Part shown: piece by piece, positions 1-7,325 of the stretch
How the letters are laid out: every line of letters starts with the position of its first letter
How positions within the stretch are numbered: the stretch's first letter is position 1
NCBI GenBank assembly: GCA_038817835.1
Contig: JAWAZI010000003.1
Coordinates: 5,074-69,073, forward strand
Reading direction: 5' to 3'
DNA from: Candidatus Pacearchaeota archaeon
Lineage (GTDB): Archaea; Nanobdellota; Nanobdellia; Pacearchaeales; JAPDKA01
DNA: 64,000 bases
Notes under the pieces: generated by a model
What the model was told of the DNA's origin: nothing
The model's input: only the letters and a program-made list of their open reading frames with translations
Database searches by the model: none
Position numbers and translations under genes: made by a program

Positions 1-564
1 TATTTTATCTATACTTAATGCAATATCATTAAATTTTTCTCTATCAATTTCACAATAATCAAAAATACCAAATAAAATATTTATACTATTAATATAAGCA
101 AATACGCTAATATCAAGAGTTTTAAAAATATCAAATGCTAAAGCTATTATTTCTGCATCTGCAACAAAACTTTTTATTCCTATTATATCAATATCACATT
201 GTGTGAATTCTCTTAATCTTCCTTTTTTTACAGGACCATCTCTAAAAACTTTTCCTATTTCATAACGTTTAAATGGAAATCTTATATTTGGATTTAGTGC
301 TATTAATTTTGCTAGTTTAAATGTTAATTCATAACGTAAGCATAATTCTCTATTTCCTCTATCTTTTAGCTTATATATTTCTTTTATTATTTCGCTTCCT
401 GCATATTTACTTGCAGCAATTTCATAATAATCTAAAATACTTGTTTCTATTGGCTTAAATCCATAAATTTTAAATTTTTCTTTTAAAATATCTATAATTT
501 TTTCTCTTAAGATTTGTTCCTCAGGCAAATAATCTTTTATTCCTTTTAATTCTTTAATTTTCAT
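1..564 (-). CDS. hisS: Histidine--tRNA ligase, N-terminal part (runs off window start)
   Basis: Manual translation from ATG at 564: MKIKELKGMKDYLPEE...LCLRYELT...YEIGKVFRDGPVKKGRLREFTQCDID, typical HisRS motifs. Confidence 0.95.
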   Translation of the reverse strand, partial: MKIKELKGIKDYLPEEQILREKIIDILKEKFKIYGFKPIETSILDYYEIAASKYAGSEIIKEIYKLKDRGNRELCLRYELTFKLAKLIALNPNIRFPFKRYEIGKVFRDGPVKKGRLREFTQCDIDIIGIKSFVADAEIIALAFDIFKTLDISVFAYINSINILFGIFDYCEIDREKFNDIALSIDKI

Positions 565-632
565 TAAAATTTAATATAAATAGATTAAAAAAATTTTGGA
601 AAATTTTTTAATAAATTAATGATTTAATAAAA

Positions 633-1649
633 ATGGATAAAAAAATTGAAAAAATAAAGAAAATAGTTTTAAGGAAAAGTGAAAATATAAAAGCAGAAAG
701 AGTAAGATTTGATATTAATAATTTAAATTTTAATTATTTAAAAAAATTTGTTAAGAATTATAAATATATAGGTTTTCAGGCAACAGAAGTTTATAGAGCA
801 ATTGAAATTATTAGAGAAATGAGAAAAAATAAAGCAAAAATTTTTTTTGGTTATACAAGTAATATAATAAGTTCTGGAATAAGAGATATAATTACATGGC
901 TTGTAAAAAATAAAAAAGTTCATGTTTTAGTTACTACTGGTGGCGGCGTAGAAGAGGATATAATAAAAATATTTAAACCATTCTATTTAAAATATGGAAG
1001 TAATTTTGAGAATTATAATGATAAAGAATTAAGAGAGAAAGCTATTAATAGAATTTATAATATTCTCGTTCCAGATTCTCATTATATAGAGTTTGAGAAA
1101 TTTATAATGCCGTTCTTTGATTATATATATGAAAATTTTACAAAAAATAATAAAGATTTAAGTGCTAATGAATTTATTAGGGAAATTGGTTATTGGATAG
1201 ATAAAAAAAATTTTAGAAGAAAAAAAGATAGCATATGTTACTGGGCTTATAAAAATAATATTCCAATATTTTGTCCAACTTTGACTGATGGTGCTATAGG
1301 AGATATGATTTATTTTTATAATGCTTATAAAAAAAGAAATATAAAAATTGATATTGTAAAAGACACAAAAAAAATTAATGAAATAGCCATAAATGCTAAA
1401 AAAACAGGTATAATAAGTTTAGGCTCTGGAGTAGTTAGTCATTTTATGCTAAATGCAAATTTATTTAGAAATGGAGCTGATTATGCTGTATACATTACTA
1501 CAGCTTATGAGCATGATGGGAGTGCAGCTGGAGCAAGTCCCAGTGAAGCGGTAAGTTGGGGAAAAATAAAAGGTAAAGCAAATTATGTTAAAATTTATGG
1601 AGATGTTTCAATAATTTTTCCTTTAGTTTTTATTGGTGCTTTTATTTGA
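633..1649 (+). CDS. dys: Deoxyhypusine synthase
   Basis: GYTSNIISSG, TTGGGVEED, DGSAAGASPSEAVSWGK with catalytic Lys. Confidence 0.95.
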   Translation: MDKKIEKIKKIVLRKSENIKAERVRFDINNLNFNYLKKFVKNYKYIGFQATEVYRAIEIIREMRKNKAKIFFGYTSNIISSGIRDIITWLVKNKKVHVLVTTGGGVEEDIIKIFKPFYLKYGSNFENYNDKELREKAINRIYNILVPDSHYIEFEKFIMPFFDYIYENFTKNNKDLSANEFIREIGYWIDKKNFRRKKDSICYWAYKNNIPIFCPTLTDGAIGDMIYFYNAYKKRNIKIDIVKDTKKINEIAINAKKTGIISLGSGVVSHFMLNANLFRNGADYAVYITTAYEHDGSAAGASPSEAVSWGKIKGKANYVKIYGDVSIIFPLVFIGAFI

Positions 1650-1690
1650 AAAGTTATAGTTTATAAACTTAAATTGTTAATTGATATTGA

Positions 1691-1774
1691 GCGGGGGTGC
1701 CGGAGTGGTCAAACGGGTCGGGCTTAGGACCCGATGGCTTAGTGCCTTCCGAGGTTCGAATCCTCGCCCCCGCA
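1691..1774 (+). tRNA. tRNA-Leu(TAG)
   Basis: GCGGGGG/CCCCGC acceptor, anticodon arm TCGGG-CT TAG GA-CCCGA, long variable arm, GGTTCGAATCC. Confidence 0.95.
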
Positions 1775-1947
1775 TTTTGAATTTTTTGTAGCATAAAAAG
1801 AGAAAAAACTAAACCATAACGCAAAATAACAATGAAATACATTTAATTTTTTATTTTTTAATATTAATGCATAAACTTCTTTGCTTATATTTTATTTTCT
1901 TTTGCATTTTTTAAAAAAATTTTTAAATTAATTTTGAATTTTTTTAA

Positions 1948-2322
1948 ATGATAAAAAAAGCTAAAATAGATAAAAGATTAAAAAAGAAAACTGATTTGAG
2001 ATTAATAAAGTTAGTTAATGAAATAAAAAAATCCGACTCTGAATTTTGGTTAAAAGTAGCAAAATATTTGGTAAGACCAAAAAGACAACAGGTTGAGGTA
2101 AATTTAGGAAAAATAAATGCTATAGCTAATGATGGAGATGTTATTTTAATTCCAGGAAAAGTTTTAGCAAACGGGGTATTAGATAAAAAAATTATTATTT
2201 CTTGTTATAAAGCAAGTGGAAATGCTATAAAGAAAATTGAATTTTCTAAATCAAAATTAATTAGTATAGAAGAATTATTTAGAAAAAATAAAACAGGGGA
2301 AGGAATAAGATTGATTGTTTAA
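1948..2322 (+). CDS. rpl18e: 50S ribosomal protein L18e
   Basis: EVNLGKI...LIPGKVLANG; L18e-L13-S9 gene order. Confidence 0.93.
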   Translation: MIKKAKIDKRLKKKTDLRLIKLVNEIKKSDSEFWLKVAKYLVRPKRQQVEVNLGKINAIANDGDVILIPGKVLANGVLDKKIIISCYKASGNAIKKIEFSKSKLISIEELFRKNKTGEGIRLIV

Positions 2323-2323
2323 A

Positions 2324-2737
2324 ATGGACGAAATAGTTATTAATGCTGACGGATGTGTTGTTGGAAGACTTGCAAGTTATGTAGCAAAGCAAGCATTATT
2401 AGGAAAAAAAATTATTATTGTTAATTCAGAAAAAGCTATAATATCGGGCAAGAAACAAAATATTTTAGATAAATATATAAATAGATTACAAAAAGGAAGA
2501 GGTTGGCAAAAAGGTCCATATTGGCCAAGAGAAGCAGAAAAAATTTTAAGAAGAATAATAAGGGGCATGTTACCATGGAAAAAAGCTAGAGGCAGAGAAG
2601 CTTTTAAGAGAATTAAATGTTTTAAAGGGGTTCCAAAAGAATATGAAGGAAAAGCTATAGAGATAAAAAATTTAAAAAAAGAATTTTTAAATTTTATAAC
2701 ATTGGGAGAATTAGAAAAATTATTAAGACATAAATAA
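2324..2737 (+). CDS. rpl13: 50S ribosomal protein L13 (start moved to ATG at 2324)
   Basis: INADGCVVGRLASYVAK...RRIIRGMLPWK. Confidence 0.95.
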   Translation: MDEIVINADGCVVGRLASYVAKQALLGKKIIIVNSEKAIISGKKQNILDKYINRLQKGRGWQKGPYWPREAEKILRRIIRGMLPWKKARGREAFKRIKCFKGVPKEYEGKAIEIKNLKKEFLNFITLGELEKLLRHK

Positions 2738-2738
2738 A

Positions 2739-3146
2739 ATGGAAAAAAAATTTATTGTTAGTGCAAGAAGAAAAACTGCAATTGCAAGAGCTGTAATAAA
2801 GCAAGGAAGCGGAATAATTAAAATAAATAATAGACCAATAGAAGTTTTTGATATATATAGAAAACTACAACTTTATGAACCAATAAGAATTGCAGAATCT
2901 ATAATAGGGCCAATTAATAATATAGATATCTATGTTAATGTTAGAGGTGGAGGTGTTCAAGGTCAAACAGAAGCAGCAAGATTGGCTATTGCAAGAGCTT
3001 TAGTTAAATTTACAGGAAATTCAAAACTTAAAAAAGAATTTATTAATTATTCTCGTGATTTGGTAGATGCTGATGTTAGACAAAAAGAAATGAGAAAACC
3101 AAGAGATAGTAAAGCAAGAGCAAAAAGACAAAAAAGTTATAGATAA
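2739..3146 (+). CDS. rps9: 30S ribosomal protein S9
   Basis: RKTAIARA, VRGGGVQGQTEAARLAIARAL, C-terminal RQKSYR. Confidence 0.96.
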   Translation: MEKKFIVSARRKTAIARAVIKQGSGIIKINNRPIEVFDIYRKLQLYEPIRIAESIIGPINNIDIYVNVRGGGVQGQTEAARLAIARALVKFTGNSKLKKEFINYSRDLVDADVRQKEMRKPRDSKARAKRQKSYR

Positions 3147-3596
3147 TTATTTTTTTCTTAAAAAATCTTCTACAATTTTTATATAATTTTCAAAAATTTT
3201 TTCCCATTCTTCTAATTTTACTAAATCAATACTAATACTTTTTCCATCTTTAATCAAATTTACTATTATATTCTTTCTAAATTCATGTTCAGAAATTATT
3301 TCATATTCATGAATATTCTTAAAAATTTCATAAAGTTCAAACATTTTTTTTATAATATCATTTTTATTTTTTAATATTTTTTGTAATTGTATTATTTTTG
3401 CTTTTGGTGTTTCGGGAATTTGGTTTATAATTTTTTTCTTTTTTGCATGAATTAAACAAGCATCTATAGTTTCATCAATAGTTGCAGCCCATCTTTTCAT
3501 TAAATTAATTATTATATCTGAAGTTTTTGTGTATTTCAAACTTGTATAAAAAAGATGCTGTGCTCTCCTTTTTTCTTTTTCAATTTTTTTTAACAT
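3147..3596 (-). CDS. Hypothetical protein
   Basis: 149-aa ORF with normal codon bias filling the gap between rps9 and the Sec61beta gene. Confidence 0.7.
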   Translation of the reverse strand: MLKKIEKEKRRAQHLFYTSLKYTKTSDIIINLMKRWAATIDETIDACLIHAKKKKIINQIPETPKAKIIQLQKILKNKNDIIKKMFELYEIFKNIHEYEIISEHEFRKNIIVNLIKDGKSISIDLVKLEEWEKIFENYIKIVEDFLRKK

Positions 3597-3623
3597 AAAA
3601 ATTTAATAAAATTTATTAAAAAT

Positions 3624-3776
3624 TTATGCAAATAAGTTTAAAATAATTTCTGCGATTATTATTAATGACAATATTATTAAAAATTTTATTGGAGAAATTT
3701 GTATTTTACTTTTATATTCATCAGTGTATCTTGTTATACCTCCATAACTTGGTGGCAAAATAAATTTTTCAGCCAT
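3624..3776 (-). CDS. secG: Preprotein translocase subunit Sec61beta (50 aa, below ORF-track cutoff)
   Basis: Manual translation MAEKFILPPSYGGITRYTDEYKSKIQISPIKFLIILSLIIIAEIILNLFA*; G-I-x-R-Y motif followed by I-x-P and one TM helix. Confidence 0.88.
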   Translation of the reverse strand: MAEKFILPPSYGGITRYTDEYKSKIQISPIKFLIILSLIIIAEIILNLFA

Positions 3777-3810
3777 ATAAAGAATATAAAATTCTTGTTT
3801 TAAAATTTTT

Positions 3811-4061
3811 GGTAGGGAAAGATAGGCCTCCTTCTGTGGCTCATTATAGAGCCTGTCAACATTCTACTTAGCGGCAAATTAGCCTTACACAGCCTTGGTT
3901 AGCCGTTTCAACTTGTTGTGGAAATGTCAAATTTTATCATCCTACTCCACAACAAGTTTCGTTTCTGTGCCATTGCCATACCTTTCGGTATGTGTCTTTC
4001 GACACAAGGCTTTTTTTGTGGGAGGACCTTCCTCCTTTTTGGATAGTTGACCTTTCCCTAC
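3811..4061 (-). ncRNA. rnpB: RNase P RNA
   Basis: GC-rich island. Minus strand has P1 GTAGGGAAAG/CTTTCCCTAC, P2 GTCAAC/GTTGAC, GAGGAAGGTCCTCCCAC, ACAGAAAC, TGAAACGG, and 3' ACAGAAGGAGGCCTA completing P4. Confidence 0.93.
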
Positions 4062-4105
4062 AATAGTAAAAATATTAAAAAATTTAAAAATTTTATTATG
4101 CTTAT

Positions 4106-4177
4106 GCCCCAGTAGCTCAGTGGTAGAGCACTCGCTTCGTAAGCGAGAAGGCGTGGGTTCAAATCCCACCTGGGGCT
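4106..4177 (+). tRNA. tRNA-Thr(CGT)
   Basis: GCCCCAG/CTGGGGC acceptor, CTCGC-TT CGT AA-GCGAG. Confidence 0.95.
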
Positions 4178-4238
4178 TTTTATTTTTTATAAAAATAATT
4201 TAAAAAAATAAAAAATAATAAGGCAAGATAATATTATT

Positions 4239-4901
4239 TTAGCAACAATATTCATCACCCGCACATGGTGTTGTTTTTGCAGTGAATGTCCATACATCAC
4301 TTTTATATCCAGGAGGTGTATCATCACTTACTTTTAAATAACAATTTACATATACTTCATCACTTTCATCCTGTGGTCTCAATGATCCTGCTCCATAACA
4401 TATTCCTCTTTCCTGACTTGTTAAATTACCTACAGGTTTGGGCCAATCAAATGGTATACCACCTGTTGTACATGATCTTTCCTCTTTTTCTGTACTCCAA
4501 AATCCATAAAATTGTCTCCAACTAGTTCCACCTCCAAAAAAATCTTCTTTACTTTTATTACTTGTTACACATACATATAATTCTATATTACCATCATTCC
4601 TCACTAAAAATCCTGGAAGCTCTGGTGCAACACTTACAGTCCAGTTTTGTGCTATATAATTATTTGACCCATTTACACTTACTATACCATATGCATAAGG
4701 AGCAGTAACATAACCCTCTCCAAGATTACATGTAGCATCTGGTAAAGATATTGTTAATTGTTGAGTTATATTCACTGAAATATTTCCACCACTTTGCAAT
4801 CCTGTTATCTGATTCATCTTTGAAATATTCAAATAAACACCAACCACTGCTACTATTATAGCTATTATAAGCAAAATAACTAAAATTCTATCTCCATTCA
4901 T
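4239..4901 (-). CDS. Secreted beta-rich protein, putative fibre (pilin-like) subunit
   Basis: N-terminal hydrophobic helix, ITG motif, GNISVNI strand, RNDGN and KV..DTPPGYKSDVWTFTA motifs; function inferred. Confidence 0.6.
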   Translation of the reverse strand: MNGDRILVILLIIAIIVAVVGVYLNISKMNQITGLQSGGNISVNITQQLTISLPDATCNLGEGYVTAPYAYGIVSVNGSNNYIAQNWTVSVAPELPGFLVRNDGNIELYVCVTSNKSKEDFFGGGTSWRQFYGFWSTEKEERSCTTGGIPFDWPKPVGNLTSQERGICYGAGSLRPQDESDEVYVNCYLKVSDDTPPGYKSDVWTFTAKTTPCAGDEYCC

Positions 4902-4947
4902 TTTATTTTTTTAAATTTTATTTTTATAATGATAAATTTTATATTTT

Positions 4948-5397
4948 TTAAATCTTTCTAAATAGGATAATTGCTTTTCCTGTATAATTTCCAATTTTTG
5001 CATCCTTTGGAATAACAACAGAGAAAGTTATATTTTCTTTTGTATTTTTTTTAAGTATAAAATCATTTTTATCCACAATTATCCATTTAGCTATATCACC
5101 CTTTAAATAAATCTCTACTTTTACATCTTTATTGCTAGTTACTTCTATATATCTTTCTCCTCTACCTCCAGGCATTATTGTACCAAAATTTATACTTTCA
5201 TTTTCTATATTAAATCCTATATAATCACCAACTTTTAATTTAATATCATAAATTCTTATCGCAGTAGTATTATGTAAAAACTTAATATATATCCAAATCA
5301 ATTCTGTTAAAATAATAATTAACAAAAAAATAATAAACCAAATTAAAATTTTTTTCCAATTTATAATTTTATTTTCTTTTTTTACGCGATTTTTCAT
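4948..5397 (-). CDS. Membrane-anchored Ig-like protein
   Basis: N-terminal TM helix; INFGTIMPG...VVIPKDAKIGNYTG pattern. Confidence 0.65.
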   Translation of the reverse strand: MKNRVKKENKIINWKKILIWFIIFLLIIILTELIWIYIKFLHNTTAIRIYDIKLKVGDYIGFNIENESINFGTIMPGGRGERYIEVTSNKDVKVEIYLKGDIAKWIIVDKNDFILKKNTKENITFSVVIPKDAKIGNYTGKAIILFRKI

Positions 5398-6547
5398 GTT
5401 TTTCTTTTTTCATTTTAATTAATTTTATAATTAAATATATCAAAATTCCAATTATGATCAAAATTCCAATTATGATCAAAATAATTTTCAAATCAACAAA
5501 TTTTTTTATTTCTATTTCTCCATATTTAACTGTTTTTCTATTATCATAATTAAGTTCTATTAATATGAAATATTTTCCATAATAATCATTAGTATCTAAG
5601 TAAGCATTAATTTTCTTTTCTTCATATGCTTTTATATTTGTTACTTCACTTGTGAATTCTTTTAATGTGAAATTATTTTTATCTAATAATTTTATTTTTG
5701 CAAATATATTTTCTATATCTTTATTCCAGAGATTTTTTACTTTAATCTCAAATATATTTAGAGCTTTACTTCTTAATATTTTGGTATAATCAATTATTTC
5801 AATTGAAGGTTTACCAACTAACAATGAATTATTTAATTCTATTTTTTTATTATCATAATTTAATTCAACTATTATATCATATTTTCCACTTAATAATCCT
5901 TCTGTTGAAAGTTTTTCCTCAAATACTTTTTCTGTTTTTATAGGTATAAAGTAGTTTAATTTAATTTCTTTTATTTTTTTATCATCTTTTTTCAAATATA
6001 AATTACCATAAATATTTACGTCTTCACTACCAATGTTTAATATACTTATTTTTATACTTGTATTTTCTCCTATTTCTACACTTTTAACATCTATAATTCT
6101 AGCTTGTATCATTTTTCCTGGATATGGACTATAAATTTCAAAAGTTGCACAAGCAGCAGTTTTAGCCCCTATACCACTAGTATTTGTAGCAGTTTTTTCT
6201 TCTTCTACACAAATATTTACAGTATATTTTCCAGCATCTAATTTTAAGTCTGGTGGAAAGTTTATAGATAATATAGCCGGTTTTTGCTCACCAGGGTTTA
6301 AAAATAATATCTCTGGGGATATTTTGAAATATTTAGTAATTTTTTCTTCACCTTTAATTGTAAATATATGGTTCATAGGTATAGAAGTTGTAGATAAAAC
6401 ATCGAAAGTATAATTTTTTTTCATACCGGGCTCAAAAAAGAATTTTTCATATATGGCAGTTCCACTTAATCCAATACCATAACAATTATTTATAGAATAT
6501 AAATATAATAATGCTATTATGAAAAATATTAAAATTATTTTTTTCAT
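5369..6547 (-). CDS. Secreted multi-Ig-domain protein with C-terminal membrane anchor (PapD/DUF916-like start)
   Basis: Signal peptide, about three beta-sandwich repeats each ending GKY.I...., C-terminal TM helix and basic tail. Confidence 0.65.
   Translation of the reverse strand: MKKIILIFFIIALLYLYSINNCYGIGLSGTAIYEKFFFEPGMKKNYTFDVLSTTSIPMNHIFTIKGEEKITKYFKISPEILFLNPGEQKPAILSINFPPDLKLDAGKYTVNICVEEEKTATNTSGIGAKTAACATFEIYSPYPGKMIQARIIDVKSVEIGENTSIKISILNIGSEDVNIYGNLYLKKDDKKIKEIKLNYFIPIKTEKVFEEKLSTEGLLSGKYDIIVELNYDNKKIELNNSLLVGKPSIEIIDYTKILRSKALNIFEIKVKNLWNKDIENIFAKIKLLDKNNFTLKEFTSEVTNIKAYEEKKINAYLDTNDYYGKYFILIELNYDNRKTVKYGEIEIKKFVDLKIILIIIGILIIIGILIYLIIKLIKMKKEKHEKSRKKRK
5439..5482. repeat. Perfect 18-bp tandem repeat (about 2.4 copies) in TM-encoding segment
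   Basis: ATCAAAATTCCAATTATG x2 plus ATCAAAAT; encodes ILIIIG-ILIIIG-IL on the minus strand. Confidence 0.85.
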
Positions 6548-6569
6548 TATAAATAAAAAAATAAAAAAT

Positions 6570-6800
6570 TTATTCTGGTCGTGGAAGGATGTTTACACGA
6601 ATTTTTCCCTCTTCTTTATTTTTTTGTTCCTCGACGCTAACAACTATCTTTCCATAAGCTACATTCCTTGTTTCAGCTTTTGGTTTTATCATAAATAGGT
6701 TTGTTGTATTTAATGTTATCCATGTACCAATCAAAATAGTGATTATTAGTATTATTATAAGTATTGCAAATATATTCTTTGAAGTATTTTGTTTTTCCAT
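6570..6800 (-). CDS. Small membrane protein with two G-K-I-x-V-x-[VI] strands
   Basis: One TM helix followed by YGKIVVSV and EGKIRVNI. Confidence 0.7.
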   Translation of the reverse strand: MEKQNTSKNIFAILIIILIITILIGTWITLNTTNLFMIKPKAETRNVAYGKIVVSVEEQKNKEEGKIRVNILPRPE

Positions 6801-6836
6801 TTTAACTTTATTTTTAATTTAAAGTATTAAATATTT

Positions 6837-7325
6837 TTAAATTTTTTGTATTATTTCTAAATAAAAACCATAAATAATTAACTTAATAAAATTTTTTATT
6901 AAAGTTTTTTTGTCTATTAAAACTTTATAATTTTCTATATCTTTTTTTTCTATATTAATAGTTAATTTTACACCTCTTTTTACCATTATTCCTTCTTTAG
7001 GTTTTTCTTCTTCAATTATAAAAATATAGATTTTATCTTCCAAATTTTCTTTCATATATATACTAAAATTAATTTCTTTCTCTTTTTGATTTTTTTCTAT
7101 TTCAATATTTCTTATAATATTTATAGCATCACTTGATGGGTAAATTTTTAATTTAATTGATTCGTTTTCTATATTAATAATTTTAAAACTTAAATTTACT
7201 AATTTTCCTTGTTGATAATCTATATTAATTATTCCTGGAGAAACTCCAAAACTTTTTACTAAATTAATATTTAATAAAATTAAAATAAAAATTAAAAATA
7301 TTTTTTTCATTTTATTCAATAACAT
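6837..7325 (-). CDS. Secreted single Ig-like domain protein (PapD-like N-terminus)
   Basis: Signal peptide ending VKS, then FGVSPGIINIDY...FKIIN; paralogous pattern to the start of the 392-aa protein; true start may be the second Met. Confidence 0.6.
   Translation of the reverse strand: MLLNKMKKIFLIFILILLNINLVKSFGVSPGIINIDYQQGKLVNLSFKIINIENESIKLKIYPSSDAINIIRNIEIEKNQKEKEINFSIYMKENLEDKIYIFIIEEEKPKEGIMVKRGVKLTINIEKKDIENYKVLIDKKTLIKNFIKLIIYGFYLEIIQKI

Noticed and set aside
3811..4061. GC-rich island with inverted repeats considered as a MITE, CRISPR remnant or SRP RNA
   Set aside because: The terminal inverted repeat is helix P1 and the conserved RNase P regions are present; there are no spaced direct repeats or SRP helix 8 motif.
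3942..4169. 75-aa minus-strand ORF MGFEPTPSRLRSECSTTELLG
   Set aside because: It is the antisense of tRNA-Thr plus part of the RNase P RNA; GFEPT is a classic tRNA shadow translation.
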